Notes: a model not told the origin generated them from the letters alone. A stretch of 37,386 nucleotides of DNA from a bacterium (GCA_041497675.1 JBGQGY010000021.1:1-37386); one strand, 5' to 3'; shown: positions 24,073 to 33,474, numbered from the stretch's first letter. Program-made: numbers and translations.

Positions 24073-24923
24073 GTTGCCGTCCCCAATCCAACGGCCGCGC
24101 GCTTCACCGCCTCTTCGAGCGCCGCAGCGTCTTCAAATTCATCGGCCGGACCGGCCGGGGCGTTACGGAGCAGCACGAAAAACTCACGGTTCCCTTTGGG
24201 ACCGACCAGCGGCGAGGGTGTGACCGCGACCGGAGCCAAGCCGATCTTCCCAGCGCCCGTGATCACCCGGCGAAGCACCTCCACGTGCACCTGAGGGTCG
24301 CGCACTACACCCTTTGGCGCGGCCTTCGGACCGGCCTCAAACTGCGGCTTGACCAGCGCCACGATCAGACCACCGGGCCGGACCACCCGGGCGACAGCCG
24401 GCAGGATCTTGAGGAGAGAGATGAACGACACATCGATCGTGGCCAACTCGACCGGTTCGGGAAAGTCGGCGGCCGCGAGGTGCGCCGCATGCCGCTGCTC
24501 CATGAGCACCACGCGCTGGTCCTGCCGGAGCCGCCAGTGCAAGAGCCCGCGGCCGACGTCGGTCGCATAGACGCGCCGGGCGCCACGCTGCAGCAGACAG
24601 TCGGTGAAGCCTCCGGTAGAAGCCCCGACGTCGATCGCCACGAGCCCGGACGGATCGATGCCAAAGACGTCCAGCGCGCCGGCGAGCTTCAGCCCCCCAC
24701 GGCTCACATACTGGGGGCCGCGGCCGCGACGCTCGACGTCGGCCCCGGCCGCGACCAGCGACCCCGGTTTGTCGCGTCGCTCGCCATCCACAAAAATCTC
24801 GCCGAGACGGATCGCGGTCTCGGCCTGGTGACGTGTCGGCGCCAACCCTCTCGTCACCACAAGATGATCCAGACGAACCCGGCCACCGGTTCTCGCCCGT
24901 GCCTGATCCGCGGCCGTCGTCAT
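24069..24923 (-). CDS. tlyA: TlyA family rRNA 2'-O-methyltransferase
   Basis: S4 domain, YVSRGGLKL, DVGASTGGFTD, DVSFISL, LVKPQFE, GNREF. Confidence 0.97.
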   Translation of the reverse strand: MTTAADQARARTGGRVRLDHLVVTRGLAPTRHQAETAIRLGEIFVDGERRDKPGSLVAAGADVERRGRGPQYVSRGGLKLAGALDVFGIDPSGLVAIDVGASTGGFTDCLLQRGARRVYATDVGRGLLHWRLRQDQRVVLMEQRHAAHLAAADFPEPVELATIDVSFISLLKILPAVARVVRPGGLIVALVKPQFEAGPKAAPKGVVRDPQVHVEVLRRVITGAGKIGLAPVAVTPSPLVGPKGNREFFVLLRNAPAGPADEFEDAAALEEAVKRAAVGLGTAT

Positions 24924-24929
24924 CGTCGC

Positions 24930-25874
24930 CTACGACTCCCGCACCAGCAACACGCGCGCCAAGTCCACCAGGGAGACCGCCGGTGGTCCCCACCCGTCGA
25001 GCGCGGCGATCGCCTGCTCGGTCTCCATCCCGGCAATCGATCTTGACTCGTCGATGCCAAACGCCGCCGCAAACGTGAGTTTGAAGCGGGCCGCGTCGGC
25101 TCGCGCGTCCTTCCCGAGCGCCGCGCTCTCCCCTGCTTCGTCCAGGACGTCGTCAATGATCTGGAACGCGAGCCCAAGATGCTCGCCGTAGACCGTCAAT
25201 GCCCGCAGCTGCAGTGGCTGCGCGCCGGCGAGGATCGCGCCCGCGCGCACGCACACGCGGATCAGCGCCGCCGTCTTCCACCGATGAATCATGTACACGC
25301 CCTCGCGCGGCGACGGGGGCCACCGACCGAGACGGGCGAGACTCTCGCGGCCTTCGCCCAGCAGGTCAAGAACCTGCCCGCCGACCATCCCCTGCGTACC
25401 GATCCCCGCGGCAACATCCTCAACGACCTGCAGGGCGCGGGTCTCGCCGGCGGTCTGAGCGTTCTTCGCGAGCAATTCAAACGCGAGCGCGTGGAGCGCG
25501 TCACCGGCCAGCACCGCCAACGCCTCTCCGAACGCGACATGGCACGTCGGTCTGCCGCGGCGCGTCGCCGAATCGTCCATCGATGGCAGGTCGTCGTGGA
25601 TGAGCGAGTATGTGTGGATGAGTTCGACGGCGCACGCCGTCGAGAGCACGTCGTGCGGGTCACCACCAACGGCTTCGGCCGACGCCATCACCAGGATCGG
25701 CCGCAGGCGCTTGCCGCCGGCAAAGAGACTATAGCGCATCGCCCGGTGCAGCGGCCCCGGCAGCGCCGTGTCCGTCGGCAGCGTGCGTTCGAGGGCCTCT
25801 TCGACCATGCGACTGCGTGCGGCCATGTACGATGCCAGGTCAAGAGGGACGGCGGCGCGATCAGGCATCGGCAT
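24930..25874 (-). CDS. ispA: Farnesyl/geranylgeranyl diphosphate synthase
   Basis: [36 protein letters not shown]. Confidence 0.95.
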   Translation of the reverse strand: MPMPDRAAVPLDLASYMAARSRMVEEALERTLPTDTALPGPLHRAMRYSLFAGGKRLRPILVMASAEAVGGDPHDVLSTACAVELIHTYSLIHDDLPSMDDSATRRGRPTCHVAFGEALAVLAGDALHALAFELLAKNAQTAGETRALQVVEDVAAGIGTQGMVGGQVLDLLGEGRESLARLGRWPPSPREGVYMIHRWKTAALIRVCVRAGAILAGAQPLQLRALTVYGEHLGLAFQIIDDVLDEAGESAALGKDARADAARFKLTFAAAFGIDESRSIAGMETEQAIAALDGWGPPAVSLVDLARVLLVRES

Positions 25875-26163
25875 CTGTACGGATCTGGTAGCCGGACTCG
25901 TTGCGCGGCGTCTCCCAGGCGAGATCCACGGCAGTCACCCTCGCCCCCTGGGGACCGGCGCGCACGGCATCGATCAACTGCTGCACCGCCGCAGGAGCGC
26001 CTTCGGCCTCTGCTTCGACGCGGCCGTCGTGCAGGTTGCGGACGAAGCCGGCCAGCCCCAGACGATGAGCCAGGCGGTGGACGAAGAGCCGAAGCCCCAC
26101 CCCCTGCACGCGCCCGCTGATCAGCAGATGCGCTCGGACGCGGTGCTGGACGGTGGCTGCCAT
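25861..26163 (-). CDS. acyP: Acylphosphatase
   Basis: [21 protein letters not shown]. Confidence 0.93.
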   Translation of the reverse strand: MAATVQHRVRAHLLISGRVQGVGLRLFVHRLAHRLGLAGFVRNLHDGRVEAEAEGAPAAVQQLIDAVRAGPQGARVTAVDLAWETPRNESGYQIRTDADA

Positions 26164-26594
26164 CAGACGCCCGGACCGGTCTGGCTGCCCGCGGGCGGAC
26201 GGACCGTGCGCAACGCCGCGCCCAGCACGCCGTTGACGAACCGGCCGGAGTCTTCAGTGCCGTACCGTTTTGCCAGTTCCACCGCTTCATCGATCACCGG
26301 CGCGGCGGGTGTGTCCATTCCCTGGAGTTCGAACAGCGCCATCCGTAAGATCGCGCGATCCACACTCGCCAGCCGTTCAAGCGACCAGCCCTGCAGCAAC
26401 GGCACGATCAGATCGTCCATCTCGCGCTGGCGCGCGATTGTTCCGCGGCAGAGCGCCTCGATGAACTCCCAGTCAGCGCCCGTTTCGCGGGCCCGCGCGG
26501 CGGCCAGCGCCTCATCGACCGGCACCCGGCCTACGTCACATTGAAACAGGACCTGGAGGGCCACGTCGCGAGCACGCCGCCGCCTCGTCTTCAC
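26163..26594 (-). CDS. nusB: Transcription antitermination factor NusB
   Basis: [36 protein letters not shown]. Start placed at GTG 26594. Confidence 0.96.
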   Translation of the reverse strand: MKTRRRRARDVALQVLFQCDVGRVPVDEALAAARARETGADWEFIEALCRGTIARQREMDDLIVPLLQGWSLERLASVDRAILRMALFELQGMDTPAAPVIDEAVELAKRYGTEDSGRFVNGVLGAALRTVRPPAGSQTGPGV

Positions 26595-26738
26595 GGATGT
26601 CTGGCCCGACAAATGACACGACCACCCTCCGGGGGCTGGTGGCCGCAACCTCGTCCGGTGACCCGGCGCACGGTTCGTGGCGCGACAGCACTCCGTGGGT
26701 GGTCCTGCACGTCAGTATTTTACCAGCAGGCGGCGTCC
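26595..26738. ncRNA. Candidate structured RNA (long imperfect hairpin) between efp and nusB
   Basis: Nested complementary blocks on +: GGATGTC/GGCGTCC, TGAC/GTCA, GACCACCC/GGGTGGTC, CGGGG/CTCCG, GCTG/CAGC, GCCGC/GTGGC, AACC/GGTT, CCGG-tgac-CCGG. Identity and strand not established. Confidence 0.4.
26717..26725 (-). promoter_or_regulatory. Extended -10 element (TGnTAAAAT) upstream of nusB
   Basis: TGGTAAAAT on the minus strand in a GC-rich intergenic region; no clear -35. Confidence 0.5.
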
Positions 26739-26784
26739 AGGGGAACTGGCGGATCCACGCAGGTTCGAAGAAACGCCGCCACCG

Positions 26785-27348
26785 TCATCGACCGACCCGC
26801 TCGACGTACTCTCCCGAGCGGGTGTCGACCCGGATGACGTCGCCAACCTCCACAAAGAAGGGCACCTGAACGACCGTGCCGGTCTCCAAAGTGGCGGGCT
26901 TTGAACTCCCCGACGCCGTGTCCCCGCGGAAGCCCGGCGGGGTCTCGGCCACGCGGAGATCCACCGAGTTTGGCATCTCCACGGCAATCGGCCGGTCATC
27001 GTAGTAGACGACGGTCACGACGCTGTTATCTCGCAGGTACTGCGTGGCGTCGCCCAAGAGGGCCACGTCGAGGTTGACCTGATCGTACGATTGCTGGTCC
27101 ATGAAGACGTGGGACTCGCCCTCGTGATAGAGGTACTGCATGTCCCGGCGCTCCAAGAATGCATGAGGCACGCGTTCGCCTGCGTTAAACGTCCGCTCGG
27201 TGATCGCCCCGGTCTTGAGATTGCGGATCTTCGCCCGGACGTAGGCGCTACCCCGTCCACGCTTCACGTGCTGAGACGCCACGATCGCGTACAAATCGCC
27301 GTCCAGGGTCACCACCACCCCCGGCCGGAAGTCGTTGGATGAAATCAC
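26785..27348 (-). CDS. efp: Elongation factor P (Arg32 loop variant)
   Basis: ISSNDFRPG, HVKRGRGSAYVR, PGFRGDTA, KPATLETG, VPFFV. GTG 27348 with GAGGTGG RBS. Confidence 0.97.
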   Translation of the reverse strand: MISSNDFRPGVVVTLDGDLYAIVASQHVKRGRGSAYVRAKIRNLKTGAITERTFNAGERVPHAFLERRDMQYLYHEGESHVFMDQQSYDQVNLDVALLGDATQYLRDNSVVTVVYYDDRPIAVEMPNSVDLRVAETPPGFRGDTASGSSKPATLETGTVVQVPFFVEVGDVIRVDTRSGEYVERVGR

Positions 27349-28436
27349 GTTCCCACCTCGAGCCACGTCTTGGGCAGGTGCGTCAGGATCTCGCACCCTC
27401 CCTCGGTAATCACCACCAAATCTTCGATCCGCACGCCGCCCCAACCGGGCAGATAGACACCCGGTTCGACACTCACCACCGCCCCGAGCGGCAACACCGC
27501 CTCCTCGCGCGGCGACAGTGTGGGACCTTCGTGCACCGCCAGCCCTACCCCGTGCCCGAGGCTGTGGCCAAACGCCTCGCCGTACCCGGCATGGGCGATC
27601 CGGGTCCTGGCTGCCGCATCGACCTCCCGCCCGGTCATCCCGGCACGCACTGCGGCGAGCGCGGCCTCCTGCGCCCCGAGCACCACATGGTACACCTCGC
27701 GGTGTCGATCCCCGGCCGGTGCCATCACCAGGGTCCTCGTGCAATCGGAGGTGTAGCCATCCACCACCGCGCCAAAGTCGATCGTGACGAACTCACCCGG
27801 ACCGATGACACGATCCGACGCGACGCCGTGGGGAAGCGCCGAGCGGGGACCCGACGCCACGATAATATCGAACCCCGACCGATCGGCGCCACGCTGCTTC
27901 ATACGGTAGTCGAGCTCGATGGCGATGTCCCGCTCGCGGGCGCCCGGCCGGATCAGTGGGAGAACATCCACGAACGCCGCGTCCGCGATCGACGCGGCGC
28001 GCCGGATCGTTTGGATCTCGTCGGGGCTCTTCTGCCAGCGCAACGCATCCAGTCCCTCGAGGGGTGCGACCTCGCCGGGCGCGACGGCGGTCTGGAGCCG
28101 CTGAAAGGTTCCAACGGGCATGGTGTCGGCCTCAACACCGACGCGACGCACACCCAGGTCGCGGAGCACGCCGGCCACCCCTTCGATCAGGGGACCCTTC
28201 GCGTGGACGCGCCCAAACTTCGGCGCCTGTACGACCGCCTGCTCCAGATAGCGAAAGTCCAGCACCAGGTGCGCTTGGGTCGAGGTCACGACAGCGATTC
28301 CCGCCGACCCCGTAAAACCGGTCACATAGCGCACGTTTTGTGGCTTGCTGATGACCACAGCGTCCAGACCGGCCGAGGACAGGCGTTCGCGCAATCTGGT
28401 GAGGCGGTCAGTGTGCAGCAGGGTGGTTTCAGACAT
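27345..28436 (-). CDS. pepP: Xaa-Pro aminopeptidase (M24 family)
   Basis: RYVTGFTGSAG, DFGA, SDCTRT, HSLGHGVGLAVHE, EPGVY, GVRIED. Start 28436 or 28445. Confidence 0.94.
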   Translation of the reverse strand: MSETTLLHTDRLTRLRERLSSAGLDAVVISKPQNVRYVTGFTGSAGIAVVTSTQAHLVLDFRYLEQAVVQAPKFGRVHAKGPLIEGVAGVLRDLGVRRVGVEADTMPVGTFQRLQTAVAPGEVAPLEGLDALRWQKSPDEIQTIRRAASIADAAFVDVLPLIRPGARERDIAIELDYRMKQRGADRSGFDIIVASGPRSALPHGVASDRVIGPGEFVTIDFGAVVDGYTSDCTRTLVMAPAGDRHREVYHVVLGAQEAALAAVRAGMTGREVDAAARTRIAHAGYGEAFGHSLGHGVGLAVHEGPTLSPREEAVLPLGAVVSVEPGVYLPGWGGVRIEDLVVITEGGCEILTHLPKTWLEVGT

Positions 28437-28457
28437 ACAGCCCATAGCATAAGACAG

Positions 28458-28487
28458 GCGACGGGCGGCCGCAAGGCCGCCCGTCGC
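28458..28487 (-). terminator. Strong hairpin, probable terminator of the pilPQ unit
   Basis: Perfect 13-bp stem GCGACGGGCGGCC-gcaa-GGCCGCCCGTCGC just after the lipoprotein stop; weak U-tract (ctgtcttat) on minus. Confidence 0.65.
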
Positions 28488-28509
28488 GATCCGCGGTCAC
28501 GCAGACGCG

Positions 28510-28881
28510 TTATTGAACCGTGAAGGTCCAGAACCCGCTGAACGCGGGCGTCGGGTTCGACGTCCCCGCGAAGACGGCGCCGACGCGCCAACGGTATGCC
28601 ACGCCGCCACACGCCAACAGCGCCGCGGTCACGTCGGCGTTTGTCGACGAGGCGGTCACGCTGGCGGACATCACGCCGGTCGCGTTGTTGTAGACCTCAA
28701 GCACGTACGTCGTGGCGTTAGGAACCGCCCCCCAGACGAACGTGTAGACCGTGCCGGAGCACCCCTGGGTCGACCCGTTTGGCGGCGACGCCAGGAGCGG
28801 CGCGCCGCCAATGGTCCATCCACATCCAGAGACGGCCAGGGGAAGCATCAGGAGCAAGATGTACAGGCCGAACCGTTTCAC
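28510..28881 (-). CDS. Small lipoprotein, fibronectin type III-like
   Basis: MKR plus hydrophobic stretch and lipobox VSG-C; W..VPNATTYVLEV...YRWRVGA FN3-like pattern; GAGGAGG RBS. Confidence 0.7.
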   Translation of the reverse strand: MKRFGLYILLLMLPLAVSGCGWTIGGAPLLASPPNGSTQGCSGTVYTFVWGAVPNATTYVLEVYNNATGVMSASVTASSTNADVTAALLACGGVAYRWRVGAVFAGTSNPTPAFSGFWTFTVQ

Positions 28882-28902
28882 GCAATCACCGCCTCCTCTG
28901 GA

Positions 28903-29358
28903 TTACCGACCAGGTCCGCCCGGCTGCGGAGCAGGAAAGGGAGTCAACCACTTTGGTCGTGTGTTCTCGAACATCTGCATGGTGACTTTGTTGGCCTTTT
29001 CCTCGTCTCCGGCAAGTGCGTACGCGTCATGCAGCGAGAGGTAGGGCTCAATCATCTTGGGATCCGCCTCAATCGCCTTGGTCAGCGACTCAATCGCCTT
29101 CGGCAGGAACCCCGACGCATAGCGCGCCCCGCCCTGTTTCCACAACGTGTGCGCATAGAGATACGCAAATCCCAGCCAGTAGTGCGCCCGTGCGTTTCGG
29201 GCGTTCGCCGTAATCGCCTGCTGGTAGGGCTGGATGGCCCGATTGAACTCGGCATCCGTCGTGTACAGCCGCGCCGTGTTGAACACGGGCAGCGCCTGCG
29301 CCGCTGCCAAAGCCGCCGACAGCAGCACGATGACCGTTGCGCTCGCGATCAGGCGCAT
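28903..29358 (-). CDS. Exported TPR-repeat protein
   Basis: Signal peptide; AIQPYQQAI...AHYWLGFAY and AIESLTKAIEADP...YLSL TPR patterns. Confidence 0.8.
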   Translation of the reverse strand: MRLIASATVIVLLSAALAAAQALPVFNTARLYTTDAEFNRAIQPYQQAITANARNARAHYWLGFAYLYAHTLWKQGGARYASGFLPKAIESLTKAIEADPKMIEPYLSLHDAYALAGDEEKANKVTMQMFENTRPKWLTPFPAPQPGGPGR

Positions 29359-29368
29359 GCCAGGCCCC

Positions 29369-31039
29369 CTACGGCCGCGGGCTGGGTGCCGGAGCCGGCC
29401 CGCCCGGACCGCCGATGATCTGCGGGGTCACCACGAAGATGACCTCGCTCTCCTGCCGATCGACGGTCGACGTTCGGAACAGCGCGCCCAGGATTGGGAT
29501 ATCGCCGAGCACCGGCACCTTGATAACGGTGCGACGCTCCGCAGCGCTGATCAGACCCGCCAGCACGACCGATTCACCGCTCCGCACCGTGACGATCGTC
29601 GTCGCCTTACGCGTCGACACCCGCGGGACGGGACCGGACGCCGTGGTCAGGAACTCGATGACCGCCGAGACCTCTGGCTCCACTTTGATCGTGATCAACC
29701 CGTCCCGGTTGACCTTGGGAAGGATCTTCAGGATCACGCCGATCGGCCTGAACGTAAACGTGAGCCGGCCGCTGGCATCGATGGACGGAATCGGCACTTC
29801 CTCACCGAGGTTGACTTGGGCCTCGTTGCCGTCGACGACCGCGATACGCGGCGCCGTGATGACACGCGCCTTCCTCTCGGTGACCATGGCGTCCAGCAGC
29901 GCCCGAATCGTGTTCGTGGCGACGCCGATGACGATCTGGTTCGGGAAGGTGCCCGTGATGCTGAGGATCGGCTGTGCCGTCAACCCCCAGTTCAGACCGA
30001 GGTTCTTCAGGTCGGACACGCCGACGTCAACGACACGCGTCTCGACCATGACCTGCGTCAGCTGAATGTCGAGACCGGCCAGGATCTTGCGGACGTCCTC
30101 ATGCTGCGCCTGGGTGGCCACGACGACGATCGTGTTCGATCGCAGTTCCGGGGTGACCCGGATGCCCGGGACGGAGTTGCGGATCGCATCCGCAACGTCC
30201 TTCGCCGACCCAAACCCGATCGGATAGGTAATCGCTTCGGGCACTTCGGGCGGCGGCGCCAGCTTGTCCGCAGCCATGATAATCAGGTTGCGACCCAGAC
30301 GCCGGAACCCGAGGTTGTTGGCCTCGAGGATGAAGCGCAAGGCCTCATCGCAGGTCAGGTCGAGGAGTCGCACCGTGACGGTGCCCTTCACCGACGCATC
30401 GGTCACAATGTTCAGGTTGCAGACCTTGGCCAACGCCGTCAAGACGTCGGCCAGTTCGCTGCTCCGGAACTCCAGATTGATTCGACCCGGAGCAGTCACC
30501 GGTGAGGCCTGGGCGACGGGCATGGGGGCAGCCGGCGGCGGGCCCTGCTGAGCCTGCGCCACCGGAGCGGCGGCCACAGGAGCCGCCGGCGGCGCGGCAG
30601 ACGTCATGGTGCCGCGCGCGGCGAACTTGGCAACCAGTACGGTTGGCGCGCTGGTGGCCAGCGTGAACGGCAATGGGCTGTCCAGATCCACAGCCACGCG
30701 GACCATCGGCGGCTTCTCGCCGAACTGGCCTACCCGCACGCGGGCAACCCCGCCCTTGTCGACGTCCACGAGAGGCGGCACGGCCGGATCGACAATGGCG
30801 CCCGGCAGGTCGATGACAAGCCGGGGCGGGTTCGATAGCTGCAGAGTCTTGTACGTCAAAGGCCCGGTGCCGATGATCGACAACTGCACCGTATCACCGA
30901 AGACCTTGACCGTGACCTGCGTAATGCGGACCGGGCTCGTCTGTGTCTGCGCCGGCGCGACCGTCACTAAGGCGAGCGCGAGGGAGACGCAGAGAACGAG
31001 GGCGGTCCGATGCAGAGTGTGGCGCTTATGCGGCGACAT
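29369..31039 (-). CDS. pilQ: Type IV pilus secretin (AMIN + N domains + secretin domain)
   Basis: NPPRLVIDLP and VRVGQF (AMIN), LDIQLTQVMVETRVV, GVILKILPKVN, GESVVLAGL, KVPVLGDIPILGALFR, FVVTPQI. Confidence 0.93.
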   Translation of the reverse strand: MSPHKRHTLHRTALVLCVSLALALVTVAPAQTQTSPVRITQVTVKVFGDTVQLSIIGTGPLTYKTLQLSNPPRLVIDLPGAIVDPAVPPLVDVDKGGVARVRVGQFGEKPPMVRVAVDLDSPLPFTLATSAPTVLVAKFAARGTMTSAAPPAAPVAAAPVAQAQQGPPPAAPMPVAQASPVTAPGRINLEFRSSELADVLTALAKVCNLNIVTDASVKGTVTVRLLDLTCDEALRFILEANNLGFRRLGRNLIIMAADKLAPPPEVPEAITYPIGFGSAKDVADAIRNSVPGIRVTPELRSNTIVVVATQAQHEDVRKILAGLDIQLTQVMVETRVVDVGVSDLKNLGLNWGLTAQPILSITGTFPNQIVIGVATNTIRALLDAMVTERKARVITAPRIAVVDGNEAQVNLGEEVPIPSIDASGRLTFTFRPIGVILKILPKVNRDGLITIKVEPEVSAVIEFLTTASGPVPRVSTRKATTIVTVRSGESVVLAGLISAAERRTVIKVPVLGDIPILGALFRTSTVDRQESEVIFVVTPQIIGGPGGPAPAPSPRP

Positions 31040-31679
31040 TCCGTCCGCTCACCCCTCCCATCCTCAACTCGAACCGTTCACCTTCTTGTTCGATGATCAC
31101 GATGCTCTTTGCGACGTCGATGACTGTCACTTTGATCTTGTCCTTGATCACGTCACCAGGCGAGACGATATACGTCTCGCGACCGAGCCGGATAATGGCC
31201 ACTGACCCATTGTCACCTACGATCCCCACCAGCACGGCCCCGCTGGCTTCTTTTGGTGGAGGCGGCGGCGTGACGGCCGGCGCGGGCTGCTGCTGTTGCT
31301 GCCCGGGGAACAACGGCGGCGGAAGCGGCGCCGGTGGCGGCGCCGGTACGGAACCGGGCCGCGCCCCGGACCCGGGGCCACCCCTGACGATCGGCAGGAA
31401 TGGATCCGGCCGGCCCGCGTCGCTCGGCGCGGCCATCGCGCGGGGTCCCGGTGTCGGCGACGCCTGCGGTGCCGGCGCCTGACCGCTCGGTGAAGCCTGC
31501 GGCGCAGGCATGGCCGGCGACACCGATGGCTGCGACGGTCCCGCGCCTGGCGTCGTCGAAACGGCCCCCTGCGGTCCTTTGGGAGAGCTAATGGCGAAAT
31601 AGACGATGGCGATGATCAAAATGGCCAGCGCCCCAGCCATTATGGGATTGGCACGAAGATATGCGATGGCCTTGCTCAT
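31026..31679 (-). CDS. Proline-rich PilP-like pilus assembly protein
   Basis: N-terminal TM, GRPDPF motif, C-terminal LVGIV...AII...YIVSPGD beta domain; directly upstream of the secretin. Confidence 0.7.
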   Translation of the reverse strand: MSKAIAYLRANPIMAGALAILIIAIVYFAISSPKGPQGAVSTTPGAGPSQPSVSPAMPAPQASPSGQAPAPQASPTPGPRAMAAPSDAGRPDPFLPIVRGGPGSGARPGSVPAPPPAPLPPPLFPGQQQQQPAPAVTPPPPPKEASGAVLVGIVGDNGSVAIIRLGRETYIVSPGDVIKDKIKVTVIDVAKSIVIIEQEGERFELRMGGVSGRNVAA

Positions 31680-31752
31680 CCAGGCCCCCCACGGTCTTAG
31701 CGGACGATCTAAGTGGACCCCGGCAGGCCCCGTTCTTTAGGTTGGGCTACCC

Positions 31753-31779
31753 ATTCCACAGTTTGCCCTGAACTCCTTC
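31753..31779 (-). promoter_or_regulatory. SigH-like promoter of the pilP-pilQ unit
   Basis: GAAGGA-gttcagggcaaactgtg(17)-GAAT. Confidence 0.65.
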
Positions 31780-31825
31780 ACTCTAGACCTAGCGCTGCCG
31801 TCAAAAGAAGGAGTCGGTGTTTTTT

Positions 31826-32611
31826 CTACGGCCCGTACCGCCAATACCACCGCCAGATGATGTCGCCCCAGAACAACGCAAGGAGTGCTCCTCCCGCCAG
31901 CGCCGGGCCAAATGGGATCGGATCCTTCCGGCCCCGGACCCGCAGGAGCAGGAGTGTGACCGCCACCAGCCCGCCGGCCAGGAAGCCCAGGTAGAGCGCC
32001 ACCGGACCGACCGGCCACCCCAAGAACGCCCCGATCATGCCGGCCAGCTTGACGTCACCCATGCCCATGCCCTGCCGCTTGAGGATCCATTGGCTGGCAA
32101 CGACGATCAATAGGATGACCCCGGCATCGACGACGGCCGCGAGCACAGCCCCGGGGAGCCGGCCCTGCGCGGCGGCAAGCGCGAGACCGGCGGCCGCGCC
32201 GGGGAGCGAGAGGCGATTGAGGATCAATTGTCGATCCAGGTCAATAAAGGTAATGACCACGAGCAGGAAGGTAAAGAGCAGCGAGGAGATGAGCCCCCAG
32301 GGCAACGGGTGGGGGCCAACAGTTTCTGGAAACCTCAGCCGCACGGCAACGAACAGCCCGGCCATCAGGGCCTCGACCAGCGGGTACCGGGCGGAGATCC
32401 GAGCGCCGCAGTGCCGGCACCGTCCAAGGAGTAGAAAGTAGGACAAGATGGGCATATTATCCCATGGGAGAATCGGGGTCCCGCATTGGGGGCACCGAGA
32501 CCCCGGTGATACGATCGACTCGTCGCGGGGCAATCGGTAGATCAGCACGTTGGCAAAGCTGCCGAGCACAGCTCCCGCGATGGCCAGCACGGCCAGTTCG
32601 ACGGGGTTCAC
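31826..32611 (-). CDS. pilD: Prepilin peptidase / N-methyltransferase
   Basis: GSFANV..RLP, two CxxC pairs (CPQC, CRHC), FID, GMGDVKL, IPFGP; AGGAG RBS. Confidence 0.96.
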   Translation of the reverse strand: MNPVELAVLAIAGAVLGSFANVLIYRLPRDESIVSPGSRCPQCGTPILPWDNMPILSYFLLLGRCRHCGARISARYPLVEALMAGLFVAVRLRFPETVGPHPLPWGLISSLLFTFLLVVITFIDLDRQLILNRLSLPGAAAGLALAAAQGRLPGAVLAAVVDAGVILLIVVASQWILKRQGMGMGDVKLAGMIGAFLGWPVGPVALYLGFLAGGLVAVTLLLLRVRGRKDPIPFGPALAGGALLALFWGDIIWRWYWRYGP

Positions 32612-32648
32612 GCAGCCACTCCTGCGACTGCCCGCGGGCTCGTCGCAG

Positions 32649-32675
32649 GCAGGAAATCAGCGGCGGACCCCGAAT
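32649..32675 (+). promoter_or_regulatory. SigH-like promoter of the divergent exported-protein gene
   Basis: GCAGGA-aatcagcggcggacccc(17)-GAAT. Confidence 0.6.
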
Positions 32676-32742
32676 GCGCAAGCAAATTCATACGAGACGC
32701 CACGGCGCGCGCCGGACCGCTGCGACGCAGGAGGCATACATC

Positions 32743-33474
32743 ATGACACGAGGCAGCTGGCTCTTCGTTGGCGCATTGATCCTCGGCCTGTCCCTCCCAG
32801 TCATCGCTCAGCAGCCGCCCGCAATCCCACCAACCATCATCATCCCCGGGCAAAGTGTCGCCGGCGTCTTGCTCGGCCGGTCCGTGTCGGCGACGGTCGC
32901 CCGGCTGGGACAGCCGGGCGAAGCGCGCACGATGCGCGACGCCACCCTGTACACCTACCCCCGTTACGGCCTTAACGTGTACGTGACTGACGGCAACGTC
33001 CGCGCCGTGTCGACAACCAACAGCCTGCTGCGGACCACCGAAGGGATCGCCCTCGGGTCGAGCCTCGCCGACGTGCGCCGGGTCTACGGGACGCAGTTCT
33101 CGGACGCGGTCGTCGAGGGCCTGATGGGGATCGCGTACGATCAACACGGCATCGCCTTCGGGCTGGATGGCGTCGTCGTGTCGGTCATCATCGTGTATCC
33201 TCCACGAACTCAGGCCGCAGCGCCCGGCGCGGTCGCGCCACCTGCCGCCGGGGCTTCGACCCCCGCGGTCGCGCCGGCCCAACCAACGACCCAGATCGAT
33301 CTGGGTCTCGTGTCGATGCCGCGCGTCGAGAACCTGAAGCCGTTCTCCCCCGAGACCCAGTACATGTCGGTCGTGGGCTTTCTACGGTACGTTGTCTATC
33401 AGCAGACGGGTCTCTGGTTGACGACCCCTGAGGCCAGCCGGATGCTGCAGGATCAGCTGCGCGTGCGCCTGTAA
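32743..33474 (+). CDS. Exported hypothetical protein with an internal duplication
   Basis: AGGAGG RBS, signal peptide, repeats GVLLGRSVSATVARLG / GIALGSSLADVRRVYG, Pro/Ala linker, small C-terminal domain. Confidence 0.75.
   Translation: MTRGSWLFVGALILGLSLPVIAQQPPAIPPTIIIPGQSVAGVLLGRSVSATVARLGQPGEARTMRDATLYTYPRYGLNVYVTDGNVRAVSTTNSLLRTTEGIALGSSLADVRRVYGTQFSDAVVEGLMGIAYDQHGIAFGLDGVVVSVIIVYPPRTQAAAPGAVAPPAAGASTPAVAPAQPTTQIDLGLVSMPRVENLKPFSPETQYMSVVGFLRYVVYQQTGLWLTTPEASRMLQDQLRVRL

Noticed and set aside
24069..24923. TlyA as a hemolysin or virulence factor
   Set aside because: Standard ispA-tlyA-nadK-recN housekeeping context; methyltransferase motifs intact.
31255..31560. GC-rich short repeats in the pilP-like gene as a DNA repeat or array
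   Set aside because: They encode Pro/Gln/Ala low-complexity linker (PAPQASP twice, QQQQQ); no spacer structure, not CRISPR.
31700..31775. c-di-GMP-I riboswitch upstream of pilP (CAGGGCAAAC...CCTAA on minus)
   Set aside because: No GNRA-capped P2 stem or GACGCAAA-type junction; the matching bases lie in the spacer of the SigH-like promoter.
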